From the NCBI GenBank assembly GCA_051362555.1, contig CM120646.1, forward strand, positions 1,612,001 to 1,676,000: a stretch of 64,000 bases of DNA. The letters run 5' to 3'. The notes beneath the pieces were generated by a model. It made no database searches. It had not been told where the DNA came from and saw only the letters and a program-made list of their open reading frames with translations. A program made the position numbers and the translations under genes. How positions within the stretch are numbered: the stretch's first letter is position 1; each line of letters begins with the position of its first letter. This stretch comes from Lingula anatina (taxonomy: Eukaryota > Animalia > Brachiopoda). Positions 1-14,656 of this stretch are shown here, piece after piece.

Positions 1-556
1 ATTGTATAATAAAAAGTCATGGTTGTTAAACATGTGTTATGCTTGTGGTTTACAAATTACCAAGATTATGAAAAAAATGTGCCTTGTGCAAACTGGCATA
101 TTTTCCCAAAGATATGTTCATAAAGATTGTCACAAATGCTGAGAGCTCTTCTATGGATTCCACTTTTCTCATTTTCAAACCAATTTTGCAATTTAATGCA
201 CGGAAATTGTTTCTAAAATTGTGCTAAAACATATACAGAAAGAACCCCACCCCCTACCCATACAATTACAATGCCATTTGAAGTATTAAAAAACAACAAG
301 GAAAAAAAGAACTCACTAATGCAAATGTCCATAAGCTGGACCTCATAATAACTCTCAGTTTACTGATGTTAATCTGCAGTATTCAAAACTTCTTGACTTT
401 TCACTCTCGCCTTCATGTTACACTGGTTAAACCTTACAAGTTCTGGATAATATTTACCTTGAACCCTCTTGTTAATTTAGTGTGAAGACTCAAACCAAAA
501 TATTACATCAGTCTTTGTATTAATTGTAGCGTTCACTTCATTGTCTGAAGGCGAAA

Positions 557-611
557 ATAGCAAAACCTATAGAGTGGCGAGCAATCGAATAAATCCCGTA
601 ATAGCGTTATC
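557..611. repeat. About 55-bp dispersed direct repeat (partner 1935-1990)
   Basis: ATAGCAAAACCTATAGAGTGGCGAGCAATCGAATAAATCCCGTAATAG versus ATAGCAAACCTATAAGGTGGTGAGCCATCAAATTAATCCCCTAATAG. Confidence 0.7.
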
Positions 612-3600
612 TCCACTCCTGTGCCATTGAGGTAAAGTGGTCAGTGAACAACATAGCAAACAAGTTTACAAACTTCTGTTTGATGTTTGGAAAGTCAGCA
701 TATTTAACTGTAACTTGTCATAATCCCTATCCCTCTGCCTAAATGCACTTGGTTACCCCCAGTCCTAATTAACAGCAAAGACTTAATCAATTCTACTGTA
801 CTCATTAATTTAATTCATTAATACATTGCAGAGAACTTCAGTGTGATTGGGAACATGGGATTAATTAACTCACAAATACCTGTTGATGATATAATTGCTA
901 TAATGGGGCATCACATAAGGTGAGGCATTAGCTAATGGGATTAAAGAAAGAGTGATGGCTGTGTATATTTCAGAGCCTGGCAAAGTCTAGAATATGTACA
1001 TGGACTAATTAAAATTTTTACTTGCTTTTTAAAACCCATATGACTTAATGCCTTTACCATACTTTAAGCAAAACCTTGTGCCCTAACTCCATTTTTGTCT
1101 GGCCTGTACTGTGTCATAAAGAACAGGTGTTCATATACCCAGCTGCTATATATATATATATATATACTGAAGCAAATTTTAAATACTTTTTTAAATATTG
1201 AAATGTATGTGTCCCACTTTTAACCACACTGTACTAGTACATTAAATAATTCACCCATAAGAACTGATTTTTAAAAATGGCTGCCATTCTCCTAGATAGC
1301 ATATACTTAGAACTCCAAGCCAGATGCAGAGTGGTCATTAAATTTTGAGTTCCACTGTCCACTTTATCTACCTGTTGTTTGTACACGCTCTCCACCTAGT
1401 CTGTAGTTTTTACCTGTATTGTGGTAAATCCACACTGACGGCTGCAGTATTTGTTGTGCTAACAATGCATCAGCGTGACCACTACTGTTGACATATTGTA
1501 AACCAGAGGGAGAGACTCTACTGGGCTTACAGTGGCCAAGGGGTCTGGTTACTCTGGAGCAAAAGTGGAGGGGGGGGGGGGGGAAGAAGTGGGCTATTTT
1601 CTTATATTTCCTCTACCAGGGTAAGCAGAAGAATGCCTCCTGGTCTTTGTTCTAAAGATTTGTGAAAATCATTGACTTATTTGTGGTATTCTTAAAGGAG
1701 ATTTACAGTGCGCTTAAATCTTATTGTTAACTAAATTAAATTGCTTTCCACTTCAAAATTTTTTCTTCTCCCCCTCCCCCCTCCTTGACCAATGACCATC
1801 AACAATGTTGTGTTTAGAATAAAGGTAATCATGTGTGGAATGTGTAATACATTGCATCTATATTGCCATGTTGTTGTTGATGGTGCTGTAATGCTGTTTC
1901 TTGATCGTCTGGCAGCACTGTTTTTGTAACACCCATAGCAAACCTATAAGGTGGTGAGCCATCAAATTAATCCCCTAATAGTAATATCCATTGCATACAA
2001 ACAATATAAACCAATGTAAGAAAACTGTGTAATTATAACAGGTGTTATGGTCATAGTGGTGGTAGTAAAACCCAGTTACAGAGTTGGAATGTAATGGGAC
2101 GTCAACTCCATTGTCACCCCATGGTGTGACTGACACGTGTAACACAGTGGCGCTTGGTTTTTCTACCCATGTGTCTGCATAAATGTTTCTGTAATGTACT
2201 GCTGAGTTGTAGGTAGTGTAAATATCTTGTAGACCTCAGACAGTTTCTCCTACGTGTCACTGGCGTAAAAGGAATTAAAGCATGGCAGACAGGGCAGACA
2301 CGGTTACTCTTATTCTGATGGAATTTTGCAGATTGAATTTCGTTTTTAAAAATATGACAGCTGGAGAAGGGTGTGGAAAAAAAGTTTATGTATTTTCACA
2401 ATTATCCTTATCAAAATATTTTGTCTCATTAATTGTTCACACTCAAGGAATTTAAAACAAATAGATTTTACTTCTTATTTTCAGAAACACTTGCAAAACA
2501 CATTAAACAAGGTTTTCTTGCACCATATTTCACTGACATGATTATTTTTAGAAGTACGCAATAGGCCTTATCATGTATCCTGAGTCAGAATTAACATAGA
2601 ACTGTCGACGTGCACCCAGTCACATTTCCACTGTGCACCAATTAGTATAAGAAATTACATCGCCATTAAAAGAGAACCGAGTAAATATTGTTCTCTATTG
2701 CATGCAAAAACACATCAACAATCAATCCGCCTGGTGAGAAATGTACTGTTAATGTTTTTCATGCTGACTCAACAAAATCTGTGTATCTGAACAAAACTCT
2801 GGTGCCAGAAAAAGCATCATATCCTGTGTAGTTATCATTTGCGTGCCAGACCAATGTAGCGACATGCATGTTAAGCTATGTGAAACGCATATCAAGTCAG
2901 ACAGATATTTATTTAAAGATAGATGCTCCAGACAGGTACAATATAGGAGTGGTGGTGCATTATTGGAGGGACATTACTTTAAGAATTTGTGAGGTAGATA
3001 TAAAAGAATTGTTCAATTGTTGAGAAACAAAAGACACTGCATGTTCAAATTTCCAGATGAAAGGGAAGGAATGCACAGTCTGAAAGTGAAAAAAAAACCA
3101 AAAAAATACCAACAAAGAAAACAATTTAGTCTGTTAAAACTAAAGACTTTGCCAAAAATGTAAGATATAACAGTAAGAAAAATGGCAATTGTTATCAGAC
3201 TACATGTTGCAAAAGGCATATGTCAATACCTGTTGTTTATTTAGCATCTGTTACGACAAAATGGAAGTACATTTCTCTTTCTATGCATTTATCTTACACT
3301 TCACATTCATGTTATATATTGACTTTATAGGACATTTAAAACTAAAGCTCTTACAGACAACTTATTTGTTCTTGAAAGTCACGTCTGAATATTTGCAATG
3401 ACTAAGTAGTGGCATGAAATAACCAAGGATTGTAGTGAAATGAGAAAACAACATTGAAGATATGCTCTGCTTAGAGTTGTCGACTTTGTTCTGAAAGACT
3501 TTGGGACCTGAACACAAGTGGCATTTCACAATAGCATAAACTGGATCCTGAGTGACTGATAAAATTAAATCTGAAAATGTTTAGAATTAATAGAAATCCT

Positions 3601-5877
3601 TGAAAATGATTAATTTGAGAACATATCTTCACATCATGAATACACCATGGAATATAAGGTGATTTTTCTCTGAAGAAAATGGACAGGTTAAAAAATAGTC
3701 ATTAGGTTAAGAGCGGGTGACTATATGACACTGCATAAAGAACAAACACTTTGAATGGATGGGATCTGTCAGACATTATCTTCTGAAATTCTCCTTTGAA
3801 AAAAAGGAAAATTATGATGATGAACATTTTCTGACACCTTTCATGAACTCATGTTACTTCAAGTAAAGTAGCAGATGTGCCTCGGTCCAGCAGTGACACA
3901 TGAAATAAATATAGTGGGGTATATAGTGTTTAACTTGAACCACCTGATCCGTGGGGTTTCCCTCTTCACACTATTACAGACATAATAGGTAAGTGAAGAG
4001 AGCAGTTCACAGACAGGTGATGGCATTGACCTACAGGGCGTCACAAAAATAAATAAAGAGATAAGATTAATTTCAGTTGGTTTTGGGGGGAGGGGTGGGT
4101 GATATGGTTTCCCCTCCCCTCTCTCTCTTTATTTTAAAACAAAGTTTCCATAATTTATGTTCAATGGGTGATTTGATTTTAAGAAGGAAATTGCACGAAG
4201 AAGAAGAGTGATTGCCTAGTTGGAAAAACATCAGTGTGGAACTTTGGATGAGTCCCTGTCATCTAAGTGGCTGTTTTAACAGTTACAGTATTCACTAATG
4301 GGATGAATTTGCAATTCATACCCATTAGCTATCTTTTTTATGCAGAGGATTTGGCCAGTTACTGTACAAATTACAGTTGTTTTTTGTTCCAGTACCTGTG
4401 CATACTTCCAACCCTGCATGTTATATTTTTCAAACAGTAAATGTACGAGCAACTTTGCTTAAACCAGTCCATCAAAACCTCTTTGAAATCACCTTAAAGA
4501 AAGGCAAATAGACTGGATAACACCATAATAATCAGACTGTCAAACTGATTACATAACCAATGAATACAGAAGACAGGTACTTGTCTAGACATTACAGGGA
4601 GAAATGAATATCTTGAGTATATATTTAGGAAAGTCAATTTTAATTACCCCCCTCCCCTCCATTCACTCTGTAATGGGCAAGATGACACTTTAACGACCCT
4701 ATTCACTGTCCACTACCCCTCTCTGTTACATCCTATGGGCCTGTGACTGGGCGCTTTTGGTCATTCCGACAGGTGTAATGTGTTAACTGTGGTCATCCAC
4801 GTCTGGACATTAACCCTATAGACACCCATTTAATGACTGTAATGACACGGTTAAATCACACCCATACCTAATACATGCATCGTCCTTTAAACATCTGAAA
4901 CATCACTACCGCGCTTCACAGCTTTTACTCCACATCCCTATTATTTATTTAAATTACTTTTAACTTTTGAATTAATTTCATGTCTGAATTTTCAGAATAA
5001 ACAGCAGTTTAGCCAAATTGTTGATATTTTTTACCCACTCTTTCAACAGTACCTTGACTGCTGCAGAGGGGCTGTCCGTGTGTGTAAATGGACCATTAAG
5101 TTGAGTTAATAGTGTAGTTAACCTGTGTTGTTTGGGGAGCTAGTTGATTGTTGACATACGTGAATCTCTTTTATGTCTACCGACCTAGGTAACTTACCAG
5201 TTTTTTATTTTTTAATTTTGATTTCTGGCTATAATTTGTTATGCTTAGTCACAGGGTATGGAAGAATTCAATTTTCTAAGATAAAAAAAGTGAAATTTAG
5301 AATAAAAAATAATACCTGTATATCCATAAATATAATTTGTATGAACCTCCAATTTCTGTTGAAACTCATTAAACTAAAATTTGAAAAAAAGAAATCCTTG
5401 GTCTATAAAACAAAAAGCTAAGTCTGAAGAAATGCGTGGCAAAAACATATGCTTACTTGGTAAAACCAACACAGTCTGGTAATAAACAAACTGGAGTATG
5501 GGAAGTCAGCAAGTACAACAGACTCTTAGTAAAGATTTATGTGTTGGTTAACACAGGTGAGTTATCTGTGGCTAACCGACATGGAGAAATTGTATGGGAA
5601 TTAACATTAATATGCTGAGTATGGTACAGGTTTCACTGCTGTGTAGACGGATTTGTGGGGAGCAAGCAAAAAGTAAGCTACTGCTGGGGATTGGGTCATC
5701 AACTTTTTAAAAATAAATTTTGGGGGAGAAGGGGAGGGGTTTATTTAATTAAAATATCTGAATGACAAAATTTTTGACAACACTCTTTAAGATTTATGAG
5801 ACTTGTTAAATTTTTTGAAGGGGAGGTAGTTGCATCAAATTATCTTTCCATCACAATACAACTGAGCCTATTTACAC

Positions 5878-6012
5878 CACCCTGAGCTTCAGAGCTAACT
5901 TGACACTAACCTTTTCACTGTAGCCTATCTCCATCGTGTCAAGTTACTTGACACGATGGAGATAGGCTACAGTGAAAAGGTTAGTGTCAAGTTAGCTCTG
6001 AAGCTCAGGGTG
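5878..6012. mobile_element. Fully palindromic 135-bp MITE with 8-bp TSD (hAT/P-like)
   Basis: 67-bp perfect arms CACCCTGAG...CTCAGGGTG around a 1-nt centre (5945); TSD ATTTACAC at 5870-5877 and 6013-6020. Confidence 0.9.
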
Positions 6013-9000
6013 ATTTACACCAGAGCAGTATAATAAAGAAAAAGCCTTCAATAGACTCTAGTAGATCCAACGTTTAAAATTACAAAATTCCACTTTCTTT
6101 TCATCTCACAGGTCCACTTTTATAATCTATTCACCTCGGCTAGTGTGTGCAAGCTGTTGGCTTTTAATGAGCCCAGGTGATATAAAATACTGCTTTATTC
6201 AGACCCTGTGTATTTTATATTTAAGCTTCTGTAAATATTCAACAGAAAGTATTATTGTATTGGGGTTGCTGAAAGGAGGTCCCTCTACTTTTTTAATCAC
6301 TGTGTACCACAGTAAACTGGCCTGGTAAACCAGCATAAAAATAGTTGTAACAGTAGTGCAGTTACAAAATGAGTATATGCTTTTGCAATTAGAAACAAGC
6401 ATGTTTTGTGTTTGGTAGCTTTTTATAAAAAACTGAGTCAGATATAATATTTATTACTAGTACAGATGTTTATTCTGTTTGCATCCTGGCAGTCTTAGCA
6501 CCTTTCACACGCCTTCTAACACTTCATATTTTAACGCTATTGCATGGATACAAATTAAATTGACAGCTAGCCCTTGTGGCACGCGTTTAATTTCTCCCTG
6601 GAGAAATAGAATTACATCACTCAAACATAGAAATTACAGGTAAATTCATAAAGGCAACTGAGGATTAGCATCCTTGGTGGTTTTATGAAAATTGCTAGCA
6701 AATTCCATCTCCTGAATGTAATATATGGTAATTACTAACAATTATCAAATTCCTCATTTTATAATATTTAACTTTTTCTGGATTTATCATTTCCAGACAC
6801 TTATATAAATGTACTTTCTATTGTGAATCAAACTCACTTTTTTCTTTAGAATCACCATGTTTAAATATACGTACAGAATACTCATTTGGAAAATAATTAT
6901 TTCATGGCAATCAAATTTATTGAATAATTACCATTTACTCACACTCTATGCCCCTAGTTTTTAGTCCCTAGACATGATCTCAAGTGCTTACATAGAACTT
7001 AGCTTACATCACTCTCATTGTTAATACAGCTAAAATGCTGCAGGCAGTGACAACTTGATTTAGAAGTGCTTCACAGGTAATTTTACATCATCATCATCAT
7101 CAAAGGTATGGCTTGCATAGCTGGCAGACAAGAATTTGGTATCATTTGATAAAGTAGAGCACTTTAAAAGGAACTTTATGATTCACCTACGTAAAAAAAA
7201 GTCATATATTTACTGAAATATTCATTCATTATGCACCAAGTAACTCCAAATAACAACCTAAAGCTAAATGAAAAGATCTTGTAATTGAAGTAAAAGAGCC
7301 CCAAACAAAAAGGTGACCCAGAGGGAAAATTTGTTACACAACTTGAAAGGAAACTACAGGTGAAGCAGTGTCATCTGAAAATTATGGGTTCGGCACGATG
7401 GGAAGCGGAGCATATATGTACATCATAGGTGACAGGGATAATGTCAACAAAATGTGTCACATAACATTAAGGGATATAAATCAGCGGAAGGAGCAGTCGG
7501 TACGGTTTTTATGCTGGCTTGGCATGCTAAGACAATGAAACGGGGCCGACACTTAATTTTGCACTCAGGGTCATTTTAAAGCGCAAACGAAAAAGCGGTG
7601 GGAGTGATTTTTAATTCACCATGAGTGACTGTGTTAGAAACTTGAAGGTAATTTCTTATCAAAATATCAAAAACTTTAAAATATCACGGAGTCCCAGAAT
7701 TTGTGACAAAGGAAATCTCATGTCAACCATGTCAGGACTGCCAATCCTTTATTTTAAGTTCATAATCTTTATTGTTTCCATGGGTTAATATCCTATGATT
7801 TTACTTGTTTTGATTTTTAAAAATGCTAATGGCCAAAAATGTGCCGTATTCTCCCATCTTTCTGTAGATTGCTTATGCCTAAATAAGAACATTGTCTTTC
7901 ACCTATAATTTCTTCCTTTTTTGAAAAAGAAGAAAGACTTTCATTATCAAGATAATAAGTAATATGCATGAGAAATATATCCATTAGGACATTGGACCAA
8001 AGTTTGACTAAATTGCCCAACTAAAGTATGGATACCAACCTGTCATTTAATAGTATGTGTCCATACCGTATCAGGATTGTTTTTAGTGACTAAAATGGTA
8101 ACATTTACCCTTATCATAATAAATATGTCATTCAGTGTGATGGTATGACATTTACTTCACTAATAAAGGACTGCCTTTATCAAGATTTAAAAGGAGAAAT
8201 GAAAAAGCTAATTTTTTGGGCAAATATGATTCAGACAGTTGAAATGCTGTTGTGTGGTTTATAGTTGGTTTGTTCTAATTCTTGTCAGAAGGTTGGCAAC
8301 AAAAGGCAATAATTTGTAGATCTATGGCACATGGTATTCTGATTGTTTTCATAACCTCAAAAATGTTTCTTTTTTTTTCTTTGGGGAGGGGGGGGCAGTG
8401 TCTTCTTGTTACTAAATAGGCTGTCAGATGCCACAAATTCTTGAGTTCCATGGACAAAATTCCAAAAGTCAATTTGAAGTTTGTTTTAGCCCATTTCTGA
8501 TTATGCATTTGCTCTCACTGAGAGGTGTACAAAAGTGAAAAATACCATGAATTTCTTAAGATGTAGCAGTCTTTAAGCCTGTCATTTATTTAAAACTTGG
8601 TTGTTATGCAACTATTTCACAAGAATTATCCATAGACTGATCAAGTACCAATCATGAATGTGCTACTATTAAAAAAAAAACGTGACAAAATAAGCCTTTT
8701 CTTGCCTCAAAACTCGAGTACATAATTGACGACTCCACAAACACAAGCAAACGTTCCTCTCAAAAGAAAGAACCCAAAAGTCAATCGAGGCTAAAATCTT
8801 AAAGACGGTGGAATTCTAACCAAGATAACGGTATCACGGTACACATAGAACACCCTAGCCCATGTCACATATTTGACTGTTTACACTGTTGCTTGCCCAA
8901 GACCTCGACCGTTTTATCAGTGTTTCTAGGTTTAAAAAGATGGGTCAATAATACAACAATGTTTAATATTAGATTTACATAATCTGGTATCAAAAAGTGG

Positions 9001-9706
9001 ATTATCTTTTTGAATTTCATTCCAGTCTCCATTCTAGGTCAGAGGAGATTAAAGTTTTTTTCTCACTTCAAACCAGGCCATTACTTACTGAATCATTACC
9101 CCTAGTTCCAGTCTTTGCAAACTATGAAATAAATTCTAGAGTACAAACTCCAGAATAAAACAGCCATCCTCTTTCTCCAGTAAATTAGTTTAGTGTTCAA
9201 AGTTCTTAGTTTTATTTTAGCCATGACGAATACATGTATTTGAGCAGGAGAAACAGATTTCAGATTTCGCAATTTTTTTACCAACTCGTACAGGCATAAT
9301 ATCACAGAGTCACATCAACATTTTAGCTACCATGAAAATTTGTGAGATTTTTTTCGTCATGACTCGAACAGGCTTAATATGGCTTGTGTTCAAATTTAAC
9401 TCAACATGTAATTTCGCCATTTTATCAACATTGCAGCTGACAGTGACAATCAGATAGTATCAAAGAATGTTTCATATAAATCCTTTGAAGGTTGAGTTTA
9501 GAAGGCCATCATGCATTTTGCAACAGTCATGTAATGTGACAAATCATGCGTGATGTTTTTTAAGCATTTTGCAGCTTATCTTTCATATCAGTATTCCCTA
9601 TGACAAACTTTAACTGTGACTAATAAAATATACATACTACTTTTTGATTAAAGCTGCCTCGATAATAGGGGCAGTTTACTCGCCGTGACTCAATATGTGC
9701 TAAATT

Positions 9707-9882
9707 ATTTACATATACCACATTTTTATCTTCAAAGTCTCTGATGAAATAGAGACATCTTTATTTAATGGCTCCAAAACTATAAATGATTTACATATAC
9801 CACAGTTTTATCTGTAGTCTCCGCAAGATATAGAGACATCTTTCTTTAATGACTCAAAAACTATAAAAGCATTTACATGTAC
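9707..9882. repeat. 82-bp tandem duplication (about 2.1 copies)
   Basis: TTTACAT(A/G)TAC at 9708, 9790 and 9872; TAGAGACATCTTT and AAAACTATAAA repeated at the same period. Confidence 0.85.
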
Positions 9883-10897
9883 TTGCTTGACATTTGACCA
9901 TTGTGTGTCATATATTGAATTATCTGCAAGAGATTATATTTGACATTGTCATATAGAAAAATAGTTGCATTGTTCACGTTTTACCATATTTTAAGTTTAA
10001 CATGTACCTTATTATGTGTCTGCCCAAAATGCAACACTTTCTGAAAAAAAAAAAAAAAAAAAAAGAAAAAAAGAAAATTTTACCTCTGATACCCTTTTTC
10101 CTGAACCATGTGCCAAGTATTTGTCAAACAATCACAACTGCTTGGCATATCCATTGCATTAATAAATTAATGTTCCCCCCACAGAGCAATTTGTAATGTA
10201 TCAAAGTGTGAACCATTTCTGGTATGGAAAGTATAGGTAACTAGTGGCAGCGTATCCACAGGGTGTCATATTCAGAGTGTCACCCCGTGAATAGATTGTC
10301 ACCAAGGACAAGTGAGAAGTGTGACAATTTGTGGCTCAAATTGCTCACAACTTCCCAAACTTTGTCATAAAAGCTGATACCACAAGAGTTGACCATGTTG
10401 CTTGTGGAATGCCGCTGCCTTTTTTCTAGTTTTTATATCTTATTTTAATCAGTTTTGTCATTTGGCATGACATCAATTGGACTAAGCCTATATCCTGACT
10501 AAGCTGATCTAGTGGTTAATGCACCCTAACTCATTAATTATTGGTTGCATTTAATTAGTGATATGTCAAACTGGGTATTGCACCTGTCACATTATGCTTC
10601 ACAATAATTCCTGTAATATTTATATTTATACATTTCCATTAAACCATTTCTTCGATATGCCATTGTAAATTAATAATTTCCTTCAGTCCACAACAAGGAA
10701 TTTTTGAACAAATGTCAAAAGTGGTAACAGTCAGACAAAAAATAATTTTCTCAGTTAGTCAGAAGAAACGCTGCCAGTGAAAATATCTTTTATATACGTT
10801 CAGTTACACTAAATCTTAACAAGCTGCCAAACATTGAGCTTAATTTAGCAAGGAGTTTTCGGCCAATTTGTTCTGTCTCGGGTACCAAGCAGTCTAG

Positions 10898-11112
10898 CAC
10901 CCCATTTCCATAGATTAGATCGACCTACTTTAGATCGACCTAACTCCCTGGGGGTTCACGCTAAATAGCTGTCAGCCGGGCGGACACGAAAGTTAATTAC
11001 CCTCTTACAGCTTGTAGTAGGCGAGATGGACATTTAAGTCGGATTATCTGAAAGTAATCTTTTGAGACTCCCCGCGGGGATAGATCGATCTAAAATCTAT
11101 GGGAATAGAGCC
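10898..11112. mobile_element. Degenerate MITE, possibly PIF/Harbinger-like
   Basis: Imperfect terminal inverted repeats ATTTCCATAGATTAGATCGACCTA / TAGATCGATCTAAAATCTATGGGAAT; TAG on both sides; CpG-rich relative to flanks. Confidence 0.5.
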
Positions 11113-14100
11113 TAGGTCACTTGTTATGTCACCGAGACACATACCTCATTATAATAGCACTTGTTTGTATATTGATGTCACACATACACACACACATCAC
11201 AGCAAAGAACGTAAATAATTGGTGATATTACATCACAAGTTTATGCAAGAACTACAACAACGTTACCCTTATTCTTCTAAAGGTATATTCAATAATATTA
11301 TATTACTGCCCCCTGGGTGAAACGGACTTTTGTGAATGAAAAGACCCCCTTGGGGTGGTTGCTGTGTGAAAAGCTGAATCCCAGCTGTTCATACCATAAC
11401 CTTTTCACTAAAAAGACTGGATATATATTCCCAAGATGTCATGACTGTAGATATATCTATACAGTAGTTTGGGACATTCGTCAAGTCTTAAATTTCTCCA
11501 TATTTAATTTCGCTTAAAAGGCTGTTTCTGTACTGTTCTCTGCTGGACTGTACATCAAATCATTCCCCCCCCCCCCCCCCCCCCCCCCCCCCCGTAGTGG
11601 ACTGCCTGGTCATTTTTCAACCTCATATCTATGTACTTTATAAGAATATTATGGTAATAAGAATATATCGGCTTTCCCATAATTCACAGTGGCGTCATGT
11701 CAGGTGAATGCCATTTTCACATGCTGGTACTTGTGTGGGATTTGAAGTAAAAGGTGACAGGTAACAAGTGCCCCACCCCCATTTTCATGTTTACAGATGT
11801 GCTAAGTATGACCCCCTTTATGGCTAATCAGAATTGCAATTCCTTCACACTTTAAGGCACATTTAAGATATTTCTAGTATCATTTCTATTATTAATTTTC
11901 TTCTTTATTTTATTCCTCTGAAAAGAACAATAAGTTATATGGAATCGCCAACTCTCCATGTTCTAAATAAAATGCTTGTCACTTAAAAAACTTATTCTTT
12001 CATTAATAACAAGTTCAGCAACAGACCAACACACTCTAAATAGATGACATTTCTCAACGATTTCTACCATCAAACAACCAATTTCTCTGTTTATTGTGTA
12101 TTAAAAGTGTCATTTTCCACATGACTGTCATGTGTATTTATCAAGCATCCTGTCACTACATATAGATTTATTATTTTATACACTGGAGACCCTATTATCA
12201 CTATGATATGGCTGACTAAGATGAAGTATGCATGAAATAGGAAAGAATAGGAAAACGTGAGCCCAGATATAAATCCATCTTTGCTTATTTCATCTTCTCT
12301 GCCCTTACCTGCCATGGTTGACAGACAGGAATGTGATCTCATTCATAATTCTGAGTAGGAGCATGTGTGTTATGAAAGAAGTATTCATCTGGACAAAATA
12401 AATTTCATAACCTTTCCGCAGTTGCAGGTGGTTCGATTTATTCCTTTCATCATGGTTAATTTTCAATTTGTCAAACTTTCAAGCAATAATGCTATTTGAT
12501 CTCAATTTCTTTTTCATTTTCTGTAAAATGTGTCATATTTATTGTAAAACACAGCAGATATCATGAGAGCACCTGTTTACTAATATGTCACTTTGTCTCC
12601 ACGTCACCTGCATTCAACTTGTCCCCGTACATCACACCATACAAAAAATGTGGACAAACAATGTGGTTTATAATAACAACTTGGCACTTTCAATAAGTCA
12701 GCTTCAGATAAAAGTGGGCCGTAAATGTCAAAGGTTTATTGATTATAAACACCCATAATAGTGGGGATATTTTTATATACTGAAAGTGCTTGCAATTTTA
12801 TAATCTGAAAGGCATAAGTTCATATTTTAACTTTTTTTGTTAAAGTGCTGAATATGCAGGTTACAAACATAAAATGCTGCCAAAATACTTTCCTTGCTGA
12901 TTGCCAAACCAACATACGTGAATAATTAATTCACAAATTTGTCATTAGTGTCTCGTTAGCCAAAAATGTTGCACATTTGCTGCAGAATCAAATAAATTCT
13001 TTAAGCAGCCACGATGATGAAAAACAGAATGCAGCTATGGCAGAATTTTGAAAAGTTTTCACCAGGAATGAAAATTAGAACCATTTAGTATTGTTGTCAC
13101 TAATATTAGACATATTTGAACAAAGGGGAGAGACATGATGGTGACAGGTGGACACATTTTTGCCTCGTTAACACCATAGTATAAAGACATATTAGATGGA
13201 TTAAATATGAAATGAATTCTTTGGAGAACAGGACAAAATGTACATTCTGCTCTCTTTTCTCTTCAAGAAAAAAAGCTCTCTATTCTTTCATTTTCTTTTG
13301 AAAATACTAAATAATTTTTATTTTGTAATCACTCAAGCCATCACATATAATTGTTTATGTTTGAAATACAAAGGCAGGTTAAAAAACATTTAAATATGAA
13401 AATACACTATTGTTTTCAACTGAGTCTCTTGATCCTGATGTGTTATCATTATCTCCAAGTGCAGAACCACTTACTATATGTGTCAAACACAGTTGTTTGG
13501 AAGTTATCAAATTGAATTATTCACCTTGAGTATTAAACCAACAGTAAATTGTCATGAGTTAACACGGCAGGAAGTAATGGGACATTGTATTGAAGGCAGA
13601 GGAAAATAACATGTATTTTATCACTTAGAGTGGCAACAGTAAATTGTGGCTAATTTATGGTCCTTAATGTTAAATGTCGGTATGCTTTAGGTTTTAAATC
13701 ACTCCTGTTAAAAGACCACTGGTCTACAAGTGTCAGTCTTGTTAAAATACCTCATACAAGTAAGCAAACACCCTTCCTGCATTGTCTGAGGTAAAACATA
13801 TAATTTCTATTAAGGACATTAAGGTGAAAAAAAAATCTGTGAAAACATTAGTCCAACACATCATCATATGCAGTCCACATCCTCTTTTTGTTGATGTTAC
13901 TGTGAGATATTCAAATTAAATCATATTTTTTCTGTAATCATATCAGATAACTCTCATCATATTCCCACTGTAAATTAAAGATGAAATTTACTTGGTCTTT
14001 GAAGGTTATTAAATTTATATTGAATTTTTTTTCTAGGGCATTTAATAACAGATGGTGATTAATATAATCATTTAAGCATCTTTAAGGTTTAATCACTATG

Positions 14101-14556
14101 GCAAAAAGACTGGTCAAACATAACAGCCATATAAAAAGTGTAAAATAAAATTGATTTTTCTTCATACTGAAGCTAGGATGGCTCACCTCTAGCCTTATCA
14201 CATGTAGGTGAATGTAGGATAAAACTGATAAATTAAGTTTGGCTAAGATTACGCCAGCTTCGTCAATAGAACGATCTCCTAAATGTAGTCAGTCTCAAAT
14301 AACCACACTGTGAACAAATTGTGGGGTAGAAAAAAAACTTTCCCTGTCACCCAAAACGCATTGAAACGACACATCACAATTTTTCTGAAGATTAATTTGA
14401 ACCCTTGCCAAGCGCCTCAATACATGCACTGGTCTCTATAAACTATTGATTAAATAGCCTTGCGCAGGCTTTAGTTCTCTTTAATACACCTGATTTTAAC
14501 AAGGGACAAATCTGTCGTCTACCTCATTAACAGACAGCGTTTTTCTCCCCACTCAC

Positions 14557-14656
14557 CTATGTTAAACAACTCAGCCATGATCCCATCCCAGTCGGTAAAT
14601 CCCCGGCGCTCTTCAAGTTGGGGGTCTGTGGTCGACATTTTCTTAAACTTCAACAT
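14557..14656 (-). CDS. Candidate internal alternative first exon (MLKFKK)MSTTDPQLEERRGFTDWDGIMAELFNI, phase 1
   Basis: ATGs at 14656 and 14638 (AAAATGT); ends TAG|GTGAGT consensus donor; lies in a local CpG-retaining patch inside otherwise CpG-poor DNA. Confidence 0.6.

Noticed and set aside
317-373. Possible minus-strand exon ending in GTGAGT
   Set aside because: Weak acceptor and phase incompatible with the phase-1 exons
12309-12388. AG...GTAAG-bounded 80-nt segment on minus
   Set aside because: Contains a stop in the phase-1 frame required by the upstream exons
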